A DNA stretch of 64,000 nucleotides from a virus. The notes under the pieces were generated by a model. That model ran no database searches and had not been told where the DNA came from. It worked only from the letters and a program-made list of their open reading frames with translations. The position numbers were made by a program, and so were the translations under genes. Of the stretch, positions 8,318 through 17,938 are shown in pieces; the stretch's first letter is position 1, and each line of letters starts with the position of its first letter. The stretch lies in the IMG/VR virus record IMGVR_UViG_3300021197_001752, positions 82,706 through 146,705 of that record. The stretch is one strand, 5' to 3'.

Positions 8318-8587
8318 GAGAGTTTATTCCCCTTAGCCTGCTAAATAATCCGCTTGACGCCTTTACATCATCTATGTATTAGGTCCCTCCGCACTTCAAG
8401 GCAGACCAGACATTGGTGTCATACCACTGCCTATTTTATAATCAAAACCTTATTTTTGCACAATTAATAAGCAAACCTCCTGCATAAAAAGTAGGCACCC
8501 CTATGACTTTGCTGTCAACTTGAAAAAAAGCGCCCATTTATTGTCACTCCTAAACACAACTATGCACAAATATTAGGCAAAGCTTCT

Positions 8588-8995
8588 TTAAACACGAGAG
8601 GCCTCAACGGCGGCGACCCTGGCGGCTCTTCTTCTCTTGTTCCGTCGTATCCTCAATTGGCTAATCGACACATCGGTCACTCCGTACTCACCCTTGGCAG
8701 CAAGTCCTTCTCTGCCATGCCACATTCGGCTGAAAGCACTACCACTGTACTCATTACCTACTTCATCATAAAAGCCTAACTTATATAACTCTCTTGTAAC
8801 ATGACTATAGAAGTTTCTGTGTGTAGTAATCAACTTAACCCAACCTTCGATATCCTCCATAGAAGCAAACCAGTTACCTGGGGTTCTCCATTCTGTCTCT
8901 CCATTAGGATCATCTATGTTCTTCTGGATGTACTCATCTGCAATCCTATAGATGTGTTCAATCATTTCTTCACTAGGGTCTTCTAATTCAAACAT
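8588..8995 (-). CDS. Hypothetical protein
   Basis: ORF. Confidence 0.6.
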   Translation of the reverse strand: MFELEDPSEEMIEHIYRIADEYIQKNIDDPNGETEWRTPGNWFASMEDIEGWVKLITTHRNFYSHVTRELYKLGFYDEVGNEYSGSAFSRMWHGREGLAAKGEYGVTDVSISQLRIRRNKRRRAARVAAVEASRV

Positions 8996-9020
8996 TATTA
9001 TTTGTCGCCCGCTGCTTATA

Positions 9021-9209
9021 TTATAGGATCAAACTTAGCAGCACCAAAAGGCTTAGGATACCTAGCTTCATTTGGGTGCGCTTGTGGTTCTGCTCTAACA
9101 ACTCGACCTTGGATTCTGCATTGATTACTCTTGTATACAATCCCTCTACGTCGTTAGCGAAAATAGAGATTGTCTTGTTGAGCTTCTGCTCTATGTGATA
9201 GTTTGCCAT
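9021..9209 (-). CDS. Small coiled-coil protein with C-terminal TM anchor
   Basis: Hydrophobic C-terminus. Confidence 0.55.
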   Translation of the reverse strand: MANYHIEQKLNKTISIFANDVEGLYTRVINAESKVELLEQNHKRTQMKLGILSLLVLLSLIL

Positions 9210-9227
9210 TGTTCTTATGTTCCTTTG

Positions 9228-9416
9228 CTAGTAGATCTTTGGCTCGAAATAGGAAGCGGGCGCTCTGTTGTACCACTCCTCTTCTGTTTGTTCTTGTGTG
9301 GCTCGTTTGTATAATCTCATATACTCTTTGGTCCAAGACTTGCCTCTGTTGCTCCATCTCTTATGTTCTGCTAGGGCGTCGGTCCATGCTGGGTATCTAT
9401 CATATCGCTTATGCAT
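9228..9416 (-). CDS. Hypothetical protein
   Basis: ORF. Confidence 0.5.
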   Translation of the reverse strand: MHKRYDRYPAWTDALAEHKRWSNRGKSWTKEYMRLYKRATQEQTEEEWYNRAPASYFEPKIY

Positions 9417-9715
9417 TAGTGTCTGTCCCTGTCATCATCAAAGCTTTCCATTAGATCTAAGAACCAATCAAAGAACTTATAGAGGTATCTGTTTATTACG
9501 ATGCCTGCTGCAAATGCTACAATCATTGTCGCTACTACTTTTAACGTATACAACTTATAAGTCCTCTAGTATTGATTCTTTTATTTTTGTTACGTCGCCC
9601 AATGTTGCTCCGCCTTGGCTGATAAGCAGGTCGAGTAGAACAAGGGCAGCTTCTGCGCCTGGATGCTCGTCGCTATTCAACTGGTAGCGGATCAACCTGA
9701 TTACCTCTGCTCTCT

Positions 9716-10417
9716 TCATCGCTTCAATTGGGCAATGCCACTGGGGGAGTCTAAGCTAATCGGTGACTTACCCTTGAACTTTAGTCGTGCCTGGGCCCGC
9801 AACAAACCGCTGACTCGCCGAACGCCTGCGGCGTTTAGTGTAGAGCCACTGCGCCCCGCTCGTAACTCAATGTCAATCTCGCCTTCGAGCTTGGGTACGG
9901 GTAGGTTCGCTGGGTTCTCACCCAAATAGAATAAGCCTGCTCCACCAATCTGCATATAGTGGATGCCCTTCTTCTTGTAGTGGTCAATAATAAAAGAAGC
10001 GTCCTCTTTGATTTTAGCGTTGATAGGTTTTAATAATCCTTTTTGCTTTGCTGCCGTCCAAGTGTACTTGTCGCAAGTGGTAGGGAACTTCTCTCCACCA
10101 ATGGCTGAGAGTAGTCGCTCAATAGCATCTACCTTTTGACCTAGTGCTGTGATGATTAGCTCTGCTGTGTTGCCATCTACGGCTTCACTTACCATCTCAA
10201 AGCCACCATTATCGTAGCGTACAGAGGTGCCTCCCATTTGTGCGTGGGAGTCCTGCTTCACTTCTAATAAATATTTTTTACCGCCGACAAAAAAATCTGC
10301 GTCGGCAAGTGTTGCCGATGCGCCTGCCCCCTCCTGAATATCGCCTGCGACCCCTGCCGCTTTCAAAGCTTCAATGACCGTTGTCTCGTAAGCAAACCCT
10401 TGTTCGTTATTACTCAT
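9716..10417 (-). CDS. PD-(D/E)XK restriction-endonuclease-like protein
   Basis: N-terminal G..YE helix, AD...EVK catalytic pattern. Confidence 0.65.
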   Translation of the reverse strand: MSNNEQGFAYETTVIEALKAAGVAGDIQEGAGASATLADADFFVGGKKYLLEVKQDSHAQMGGTSVRYDNGGFEMVSEAVDGNTAELIITALGQKVDAIERLLSAIGGEKFPTTCDKYTWTAAKQKGLLKPINAKIKEDASFIIDHYKKKGIHYMQIGGAGLFYLGENPANLPVPKLEGEIDIELRAGRSGSTLNAAGVRRVSGLLRAQARLKFKGKSPISLDSPSGIAQLKR

Positions 10418-12390
10418 TGTGCTTCCATTTCTTCCTTTGAGTTATTCATCTCAACTAACTTCAATCGCTCTTCCTTGAGCTTGCGCTCTCTTGGATTCCT
10501 ACACTCGTTACAGTCCGATTTAACACCATCTAAATGTGACTTAGTGTTGTCTAAGGCATACTCACTCCATGGTATCATTTCGCCTGGCTTGCACTTGCTA
10601 CATTCCTTACCCGCAAAACTAAGCTCTCGATCGGTTAAGAAAAACAAGCGGTTTTCGTACAAATGCTCAAGAAGCAATGCCTTGCCTTCTTTGGGGTATA
10701 CTTTCTCCCAATACTCAAACCAATCAGTTGTTTGTCGTGAATTATTATCTTTAGCTAATACAAGCCAGAAGTTACTCTGATCATCACGACCGCCTCTAGC
10801 AAGGGGGATGTAGTGATCGACCTCACAGCGACCTTCCTCTACATCCTCAAGCTCTACGTTTGGAGCGCAAACGCCAGCATCAAATAACTCCATATGATCC
10901 TGCATACTGCTAGCGGCAGTTCGCCTGCACTTGATAGCTTGACTAGCTAACCACTGTGTTTCCCTCTTAGCGTCGTCAGCTTGTAAATAATCAAGCATAT
11001 ATTCAAGGCGCTTATTCATGCCCTTGATACGCCAGGCTGATTTCTTACTGTGTGCCCAAGAATAGATTTTTGGATTCTTTAGTTTTTTAGCCTTTTTCTC
11101 AGCAGCGTCTGCTGCTTTATCCCACTGCCTCACCCTGGTCTCTGAGAATGTGTATTTCTTATCCATCCGATCCTGCATTTTCTCATACATGGACCAGAAA
11201 GCCGAGGCGTCGTTTAGTTCAAAGCCCTGCTTATCAAATGCAACAAGTAAGCTCAAGATATCTGAACGATCGCTTTGATCCATATCACCAATAGGTTCAC
11301 CATCAGTTTTGACGTTTGCATTCCAGATCTTAACAAATTGAGCCCACACAGTGTTAGAAAACCTAGGGTAGTAGTGAACCACATCAGCAGACCTAATGTA
11401 CATGTCTTTAAGCCTGTGCTTATTGTTAATAGTGCTAGGTGTCTGCACCTTACCACCAGTAATCTCTCCAGAAACTCTTGCTTCGTGGTATTTCTCATAC
11501 TGCTGATAATCAGCGTACATACTGAATGCACAAGCAATCAACTCATCGTTGGAGTAACGATAGCAATTTGGATAAATGTCTTTATCCTTACTGCTGACCT
11601 TGAAGTACCTCACTGGTGCTGGGGCGTTATGTTCCGCCTTGTATGCCTTCCAAGTATTATATTCTTCTGCTGCATCGTCACGGGCCAGTATGCAAATCTG
11701 TGTATTTGACGCATTGCGATCTTCGGCATCATTTGTGGTCCCTGTAGAGTGCCAGCGACCGAAAGTCATGTAAATCTCTGGATTGGTGTAGCCAGCGAAA
11801 ACATCGACCGAAAAGGTGAAGTTATTAAGGTAATTCCTATGGTCAATCGTAAGTTCTGAGTAAAGAGCACCGTCAGGATACAGCTTTTTATGCTCGGGGT
11901 CGGTTGGATACCACTTAAATTCATCAGCGACGTATGCTGCGCCTGTCTCTACTCTGTTGTTACAGTCAAAAGACATCAACTCAAAAAGATCTTTAATTTT
12001 TTGATCAAGCTCCCCTCTGTCTTCGCCCTGGATCAAGTAGGCCCCATTAGCGTCTTTTGCCTGAAACTGTAACACCAGACTAACCAAAGTAAACGGCTGC
12101 AAGGGGATGCCACGCATTACCGAATCCATGTAAAAGCTCCGAGTTGCCTTATCCCAAAATCCTCGTCGCTGAAATCCCAAGTTCAGCCAGATCTTTTTAT
12201 AGATCGGCTCGACAGCAGGAACTATTACGCCTGATGGCAACGTCTCGGCAGGGGAACCGATAAACACCTGCCTAAAGGTCGGTCGATAAGTGGTTTGATG
12301 CCTGACCTGCCCACTCGATAGTGTAGCGATCTGGGCGTGATGCGTTGGTTTGATACCTTCATCCCATGTTGGTCTTACTGTGTTTGACAA
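10414..12390 (-). CDS. GmrSD-like DUF262 + HNH endonuclease with C-terminal Cys4 zinc finger
   Basis: FQR...W, SVMRGIP, DCNNR (DGQQR-like); EVDHYIPLARGG...N...N; CSKC...CNEC. Confidence 0.7.
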   Translation of the reverse strand: MSNTVRPTWDEGIKPTHHAQIATLSSGQVRHQTTYRPTFRQVFIGSPAETLPSGVIVPAVEPIYKKIWLNLGFQRRGFWDKATRSFYMDSVMRGIPLQPFTLVSLVLQFQAKDANGAYLIQGEDRGELDQKIKDLFELMSFDCNNRVETGAAYVADEFKWYPTDPEHKKLYPDGALYSELTIDHRNYLNNFTFSVDVFAGYTNPEIYMTFGRWHSTGTTNDAEDRNASNTQICILARDDAAEEYNTWKAYKAEHNAPAPVRYFKVSSKDKDIYPNCYRYSNDELIACAFSMYADYQQYEKYHEARVSGEITGGKVQTPSTINNKHRLKDMYIRSADVVHYYPRFSNTVWAQFVKIWNANVKTDGEPIGDMDQSDRSDILSLLVAFDKQGFELNDASAFWSMYEKMQDRMDKKYTFSETRVRQWDKAADAAEKKAKKLKNPKIYSWAHSKKSAWRIKGMNKRLEYMLDYLQADDAKRETQWLASQAIKCRRTAASSMQDHMELFDAGVCAPNVELEDVEEGRCEVDHYIPLARGGRDDQSNFWLVLAKDNNSRQTTDWFEYWEKVYPKEGKALLLEHLYENRLFFLTDRELSFAGKECSKCKPGEMIPWSEYALDNTKSHLDGVKSDCNECRNPRERKLKEERLKLVEMNNSKEEMEAQ

Positions 12391-12462
12391 GCGTAATACC
12401 TCCTCTGTATTTCTATTGTAAGATTATATTATATTATTTTTTGATATGCGTTAAGGTTTTAT

Positions 12463-12909
12463 TTAAAACTCTTCGCAATGAATTTCTGCTGGGTCGCAGT
12501 CTAACTTTAGCCGCCAGCCTTTCTCGACTGGGTTATCGACAACATAGCTGCGAACTTTATAATAATGCTGCTCGTCTGAAACTGAGATCAAGTCTTGGTC
12601 CGTCTCTACATTGAAAACAAATTTGCAAACTCGAACAGCTTCTTGCGCACCTTTACGCACGCCAGAGCCAACCGCCTTGATGTTCTCACTGTTGGCTAAG
12701 AATACCGCAACCTTGCAGTATCGACCAAACTTGTCCATCTCTTTAGTATGCAGGTTGACTCTTTCGCAACACTTGCGAATATCTGCTGGTGATTTCTTAT
12801 AGAATTTCATAGAGCAGCCGCTCATAGCTCCGAAGACTAACAGCAAGCTAGCTAGGATTCCTAAGTAAGTAACCACGTCAATGGTACTAAGATTCTTTAA
12901 CTTCTTCAT
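12463..12909 (-). CDS. Cys-rich putative lipoprotein
   Basis: Hydrophobic segment ending AMSGC lipobox. Confidence 0.6.
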   Translation of the reverse strand: MKKLKNLSTIDVVTYLGILASLLLVFGAMSGCSMKFYKKSPADIRKCCERVNLHTKEMDKFGRYCKVAVFLANSENIKAVGSGVRKGAQEAVRVCKFVFNVETDQDLISVSDEQHYYKVRSYVVDNPVEKGWRLKLDCDPAEIHCEEF

Positions 12910-13087
12910 CCTGTTTTTCGCTTTCTAATTCTAGTTTGTGTCCGCAAAGGGGACAATTCCAATTACCAACTTCTCTAAATGCATATCGGAAGCCGCAAGC
13001 CTCAAGTAGCTTGTTGTTGCGACCAGGCCCCGAAGGGCAAGCATAAAGATAAGTCTTTTTATTTATCTTTGTTCGCACCGAATTCAT
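12887..13087 (-). CDS. Zinc-ribbon protein
   Basis: CP...CG...CPLCG. Confidence 0.55.
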   Translation of the reverse strand: MNSVRTKINKKTYLYACPSGPGRNNKLLEACGFRYAFREVGNWNCPLCGHKLELESEKQDEEVKES

Positions 13088-13411
13088 ATCCTATCCAAAA
13101 GGTAACAACCATACATGCCAATACAAGTCCAACTTGTGCCATGTCATGAACGCTCATAATCTTTTATTAACTTTGTTTTTATACAGCCTGTTACCAATTG
13201 ATTGGTGCAGCTTATCAAGCAATAACACGGTCATTACACTGGTGCCGACGGCGAGTGTGGCAAATCCAAGTCCAGTCCAGCTAGTCACGCTTTCTCACTC
13301 CAATTTTGATAAGCACTAAGATACCCTTGTTCTGGAACCATTGTCCAGCAAGGTGACCACGAGATAACAAAACCCTCGCTAACCAGAAGTATAATCTTGC
13401 TAGTAGTGGTT

Positions 13412-13585
13412 TCATTTCTTGCGGCTCCTTTTCTTCTTAGCTTTCTTGACTTGCACGATATCTGACTTGATCGTGGCGATCTCTGCCTCTAAGCTGTCAA
13501 GTCTGAGGTTTGTCGTATAATAAAATCCCACCAGTGGGATCAACAAGGTAGCAATCGTAACGATTACTTTGACGTCAATCTTCAT
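13412..13585 (-). CDS. 57-aa single-pass membrane protein with basic tail (not in ORF track)
   Basis: Hand translation MKIDVKVIVTIATLLIPLVGFYY...KKKRSRKK; ATGA overlaps at both ends. Confidence 0.65.
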   Translation of the reverse strand: MKIDVKVIVTIATLLIPLVGFYYTTNLRLDSLEAEIATIKSDIVQVKKAKKKRSRKK

Positions 13586-13758
13586 TCTTTATTCAAAGTT
13601 TCTTTGACAAGTCCTGAAGTTAGTGTCTTGAGCCTGCGAAGTTCTTTGCGTACACGAACGCCAGCAGCCTTGTTGCCACTTGCGGACTTGCCCATATCTA
13701 CTTCCAGCATATCAATAAGATTTTTGATTTCAGCCCAGTTATTTAAAATGTTATTCAT
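13582..13758 (-). CDS. Histone H1-like Hc1 family protein, 58 aa (not in ORF track)
   Basis: Hand translation contains GNKAAGVRVRKELRRLK; AGGAGG RBS. Confidence 0.8.
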   Translation of the reverse strand: MNNILNNWAEIKNLIDMLEVDMGKSASGNKAAGVRVRKELRRLKTLTSGLVKETLNKE

Positions 13759-13839
13759 TATCGTAACCTCCTAATGGTTATTCTTTATCTAATATATACT
13801 ATGTTCAAGCAAGTGTTTAGCTATTTTATTGTAAAAAAC

Positions 13840-14070
13840 TCAATCACCAAACATATCTTTAGCTAAATCATTAGATGCTTTCTCGACTACGCTCTTCAAA
13901 GCTTCTAGTGCAGCATGAGCCTTGTACATATCAACATAGCTAGTGCAGCCACTGTCATACTCATGTGCATAGTCCATAGCCTTCTCGGCCCAATCCATGG
14001 CATCTTGAATCCTGCCTGCTGTCTCTTCAAAGCTTGTAATTGTTTTATCAATTTTAGTTGCCCAACCCAT
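13840..14070 (-). CDS. Hypothetical helical protein
   Basis: ORF with RBS. Confidence 0.6.
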   Translation of the reverse strand: MGWATKIDKTITSFEETAGRIQDAMDWAEKAMDYAHEYDSGCTSYVDMYKAHAALEALKSVVEKASNDLAKDMFGD

Positions 14071-14085
14071 GTAGATTCCTTTCTC

Positions 14086-14997
14086 TTAGTCTTGCGACCA
14101 GTTGCTGACCTGGCTGATAAGCTGATTGATCTCTGGCTCAAGGCTAGCGTCAACAAGCCGCTCTCCCGAGTCGTCATCTTTGGTAACGACCCAGTGATAA
14201 ACACCAGAGCATTCGGGACTGATAAGGGTCACATTGTCACCCTTCCATCCGCTGTCCTTATTGACAGGACCGCCAACATAACCGCTGACCAAGCCGTGCC
14301 CGTCTGGCTCTTTCGCATAGTAGCGGTAGTGGCTTTGCTGCTTGAGGTCCTGAGGAATCCGAAGCATACCCTCTTGACCGTCAGGCTTGCGAACCTTGAT
14401 GATGGCTCCCTTGAACCAGTCGTTGAAATCACGTGGAATGCCCGACTCGTCGTCATAATTAGGCTGGGCAACCGCTTCCCAGTTGACACCCGTGACCATG
14501 CACATCACATTTTCATAGTCTTCAATCTTCCAGTTGTACTCTCTGAGCCGCATCAAAGCGCCTGGGACGACGCCAGCATTACTCAAGCAGGCAGCGAGAA
14601 CTCGATGAGCCAGACCTTGCATAGCGTCAGCATCAAGACGATGCTGCTTCTTGGCTGGGCAGGTACGAGCATTGTGTCCATGCTCACCGCAGAAGCCACA
14701 CTGGCGACCACGAGCATTCTTCTTGACCTGAGCAATCTTGCGCTCTTCAATCTCTTCCCAGAGCCAGCGGTCACGCCAGGAGATTTCGTCCTCATCGGCG
14801 TCTTGAATCTTAGCAGCCTCGTTGATCCTGCTGATCCAAGAGGTGGAAGCATAAGCAAGCTCATCTTCCGAGCGGTAAACGCCATACTTCTCAGCAAGTC
14901 TTTCAACTCTGGCGTGTGCTTCTTTGATTTGCGGGCAACCACGACGGTTGTGTCCGTATTGACCACAGTGTTGACATTGATTGGAACGATAGCCCAT
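14086..14997 (-). CDS. Early protein with two CCHC zinc knuckles
   Basis: CQHCGQYGHNRRGC and CGFCGEHGHNARTC (CX2CX4HX4C). Confidence 0.8.
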   Translation of the reverse strand: MGYRSNQCQHCGQYGHNRRGCPQIKEAHARVERLAEKYGVYRSEDELAYASTSWISRINEAAKIQDADEDEISWRDRWLWEEIEERKIAQVKKNARGRQCGFCGEHGHNARTCPAKKQHRLDADAMQGLAHRVLAACLSNAGVVPGALMRLREYNWKIEDYENVMCMVTGVNWEAVAQPNYDDESGIPRDFNDWFKGAIIKVRKPDGQEGMLRIPQDLKQQSHYRYYAKEPDGHGLVSGYVGGPVNKDSGWKGDNVTLISPECSGVYHWVVTKDDDSGERLVDASLEPEINQLISQVSNWSQD

Positions 14998-15004
14998 ATC
15001 TGTA

Positions 15005-15052
15005 TCTCCCTTACAATTTATATTACCACGGATAGGGGATACGTCAAGGAAA
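15005..15052 (-). promoter_or_regulatory. Early sigma70-like promoter/leader cassette 3
   Basis: TTTCCTTGACG-16bp(TGG)-TAATAT-AAATTGTAAGGGAGA. Confidence 0.8.
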
Positions 15053-15077
15053 CTGGCAAATATATTTTATTATTATT

Positions 15078-15662
15078 TTACCTGTCGCCCGTTGAGCCTA
15101 GTGCACCATCGCCTCTGCTTGTGTCGTCGTCATAAATATTATCTGATTCTACCAGGCTGATATTTGTTTCAACCTTTACGAAGACCGCCTGGGCAATCTT
15201 GTCGCCGTCGTGGAGAGTCTGGTTGCGGTGGGTAACGTTGTGAAGGTTCACGAAGATCTCACCAGTATACCCTCGGTCAACAACACAAGCACCCACAAGC
15301 AAGCCACGCTTACTAGCAATACCTGACTTGTTCTTGATCTCCAGCATGTAACCCTCAGGAACTTCGATCCTTAACCCAGTTGGGATTACGGATGAACCAA
15401 ACGGTAGCACGGTTTCAATCTGAGAATCTAGCTCGGGCTTTGGCGTCGGGCAAAAGAACAAGTCCATACCCGCATCAGTGCTGTGGGCCCTCACTGGCAT
15501 CTTAGCATTTTCATGAACTCGCTGTACTCTTACTTGCATATTCTTTTTCTCTACTTTCATTTTATTCCCTGGTCGGTCTGCGCAGGCTGGCTTCAAGTCA
15601 CACCCGCAGTCATAACATTCATCACTAACATTAAATAAATTACTTTGGTCACTGACTGACAA
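15078..15662 (-). CDS. dut: Trimeric dUTPase (true start probably downstream)
   Basis: AGMDL, KSG, VDRGYTGEI, IAQ, RGDGALGSTG motifs. Confidence 0.95.
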   Translation of the reverse strand: MSVSDQSNLFNVSDECYDCGCDLKPACADRPGNKMKVEKKNMQVRVQRVHENAKMPVRAHSTDAGMDLFFCPTPKPELDSQIETVLPFGSSVIPTGLRIEVPEGYMLEIKNKSGIASKRGLLVGACVVDRGYTGEIFVNLHNVTHRNQTLHDGDKIAQAVFVKVETNISLVESDNIYDDDTSRGDGALGSTGDR

Positions 15663-16218
15663 AATCTAACTCCACATCTGCTTCAACTTCATTGCCATGC
15701 ACGTCCCAGCCATCGGCGGCGGTTCTGGCAAACATTTCTAACTTGGCTTGTTCTGGGAACATCTCTTCAATTCTCTTTCTTACTTCCTCTGGCTTGGCGC
15801 TGTGTTTCCCTCTCATCACTGAGACCATCTGCCGAATGTTGCGGGCACCTCGTGGTTTTGGGATCTTGCCTCGCTTGCCAATCAAACAAAGCTCGACTTG
15901 GCTCATGGTATAAAACCCTGGGTTGACCTTTTGCTTATCCCAGACAAACCCCACAGTTGCCCAGGAGAACCCCCAGGCCTTCAATAGTTCAATCGCTTGA
16001 TCAAGGTGCGGACTCGTTGCCCACATAAACATCAAGCAGTCGTCGTCGCACAAACTTGGTACATCTAACTTCTTTAGATCCTTGAGCTTCATACAGCCGT
16101 AGTGCTTGGTTGCGCCGCCGCTGTCGCTACCACCCTGACCCGTATGCTGAAGCTGCCCCTTATAATCCCAAGGCGGATCTGCATAGATAATCTGATATTT
16201 CTTTACTTCGTCTTGCAT
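15649..16218 (-). CDS. MT-A70 family adenine methyltransferase
   Basis: ADPPW, HSAKP, LEMFAR, GNE. Confidence 0.92.
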   Translation of the reverse strand: MQDEVKKYQIIYADPPWDYKGQLQHTGQGGSDSGGATKHYGCMKLKDLKKLDVPSLCDDDCLMFMWATSPHLDQAIELLKAWGFSWATVGFVWDKQKVNPGFYTMSQVELCLIGKRGKIPKPRGARNIRQMVSVMRGKHSAKPEEVRKRIEEMFPEQAKLEMFARTAADGWDVHGNEVEADVELDFVSQ

Positions 16219-16946
16219 AGAACCTCTAACCTTTCGAGGGATTTATTAATATACTCTTCATCAAATTCACAGCCCCTAAACGATCGACCTGTATTTGAAC
16301 AGGCAATCATCGTTGATCCTGAGCCGCTAAAACAGTCTACCACAGTATCGCCAGGTTGTGTATGAGCTTTTATGATTCTCTCTAGCAATGAGATGGGTTT
16401 CTGGGTAGTGTGCCAGCCTGCATATTCCTTGCTTGTGGTGTGGTTGTTCTTAGTCCAAACATCAGTCGGTATCTTGCCCAGCGGATTGTTGCTGGCAGTG
16501 GCACGAACATTCTTCTTCATCTTGTAGGGCACTCGGATATCATCAGCATGAAATGGAAACTCTTTACCTTTGGAATACATTAATATATCTTCATGCTTAC
16601 GGGGAAACTTCTTCTTTGTTCTGCCGCCCCAGTCGTAAGCCCAAATAATCCAGTTTTGATAATGGGCGTCTGGTATCTCGTTGAGAACGTTCAGTTTATA
16701 CCTTAGGAACGTGTCTGTCTTCGTTGTGCCCCAAACATAAAAGCAGGCACCTGGCTTCATGATACGGAAACATTCCTCAGTCCAAACCTTGCACCAATCT
16801 AGATACTCTTGCTCAGAGTCCCACTGGTTATCCCAAGCATCTTTGACAATCTCAAAGTAGGGCGGATCAACCACAACAAGGTCGGCTGATTCATCATCAA
16901 GGGTGCGAAGATATTCCAAACAATCTGCGTGCTTCAAATCAATCAT
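16203..16946 (-). CDS. N6A/N4C DNA methyltransferase (beta class)
   Basis: DPPY, HTTQKP, DCFSGSGST. Confidence 0.93.
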   Translation of the reverse strand: MIDLKHADCLEYLRTLDDESADLVVVDPPYFEIVKDAWDNQWDSEQEYLDWCKVWTEECFRIMKPGACFYVWGTTKTDTFLRYKLNVLNEIPDAHYQNWIIWAYDWGGRTKKKFPRKHEDILMYSKGKEFPFHADDIRVPYKMKKNVRATASNNPLGKIPTDVWTKNNHTTSKEYAGWHTTQKPISLLERIIKAHTQPGDTVVDCFSGSGSTMIACSNTGRSFRGCEFDEEYINKSLERLEVLCKTK

Positions 16947-16953
16947 ATTTTCT

Positions 16954-17424
16954 CTACCTCGTGAACATGTCTGCTATGTCTGCTGCCCAGGCGTTCGGCT
17001 TACAGATAGGCTCAAAGCCCATGCCCTGGATCATACCTTCAACAGTTGCAAGCATTTTATTACTTTCGGTTTCATCTTTGACATTGACATCTGCGTGTAC
17101 CAACGGAGATCTACCAGTGATGTCTTCTATCATTTGCGCCACTGCGATTGATTCCGTTGTCTCAAATAAAAGTCTCTCTGCTAGTGACTTAAAATTGTCA
17201 ACCTTTACTCTTCGATAGGCCACCAAAACCCCTGAGCCCTTTTGTCGCAGGCATATAGCCGTGCTAACAATTGTATAATCTGTAAACGGCTTACTGTCGG
17301 TACCAACATGGAACGTATACTTATCAGTTGCGCTGGTCTTCTCCAGGGTTGTCTTCAGACAAGGCACAAGCCTACCGCCAAGGAACCTCCACTTACCACC
17401 AGTAGGTAATCGTTTACTCCCCAT
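16954..17424 (-). CDS. RNase H-like YkuK/DUF458 protein
   Basis: VGTDS, RL..E, HADVN, KP.AWAA. Confidence 0.75.
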   Translation of the reverse strand: MGSKRLPTGGKWRFLGGRLVPCLKTTLEKTSATDKYTFHVGTDSKPFTDYTIVSTAICLRQKGSGVLVAYRRVKVDNFKSLAERLLFETTESIAVAQMIEDITGRSPLVHADVNVKDETESNKMLATVEGMIQGMGFEPICKPNAWAADIADMFTR

Positions 17425-17671
17425 CGTGAACCACTAGCTCTACATCAGTATTTTCTGTGTCTGTCTCGACCCAAACACGAGCACCACAGCTTAGTGGCTT
17501 GTGTGGGCTGTATACAACCCTGGCTAGTTCTACACCCTCTTTGGTCATGATGATGGCTTCATGGGCATAGTTGTTCTCTTTGTATGTCTTTACTGTTAAG
17601 ACTGGCTCAAAGGTTTTGTTCTTTGTGTTCCTTCGGATGACGTGTTGGTTGACATGAATTATCTTTTTCAT
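17414..17671 (-). CDS. Conserved phage hypothetical protein
   Basis: IHVNQHVIR...PLSCGARVW. Confidence 0.7.
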   Translation of the reverse strand: MKKIIHVNQHVIRRNTKNKTFEPVLTVKTYKENNYAHEAIIMTKEGVELARVVYSPHKPLSCGARVWVETDTENTDVELVVHDGE

Positions 17672-17928
17672 TGTTCCTCTTCTTCTACGAAAGGATTGAT
17701 CACTGGTGATCGAAGACCGCCACGAGTAAGATCCATAATGATGCCTCTATACAAGATGTCTCTTGCCCCCAGGGCGATTTCTTCGTGGGTAACCATATCG
17801 CTGCTAGTGAACAATGTCTCTACGATACAATCAATTGCTGTCTGATCAAGAGACACTGTGAACTTCATTGTTCCTGATAGGCCACTGTACTCAACGTCAC
17901 CGATCTCTACTTTTAGTTTACTACTCAT
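17668..17928 (-). CDS. Hypothetical protein
   Basis: Coupled ORF. Confidence 0.55.
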   Translation of the reverse strand: MSSKLKVEIGDVEYSGLSGTMKFTVSLDQTAIDCIVETLFTSSDMVTHEEIALGARDILYRGIIMDLTRGGLRSPVINPFVEEEEQ

Positions 17929-17938
17929 CCTAAATCCT

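Noticed and set aside
13828-13839. Possible third 5'-3' end pairing (UUUUUUACAAU after the 13840 stop with the zinc-knuckle leader)
   Set aside because: Only 7 contiguous Watson-Crick pairs plus G-U wobbles in AT-rich DNA; too weak to claim
13915-15135. 406-aa plus-strand ORF
   Set aside because: Antisense to the zinc-knuckle gene, which has a clear promoter, RBS and motifs; no recognisable domain
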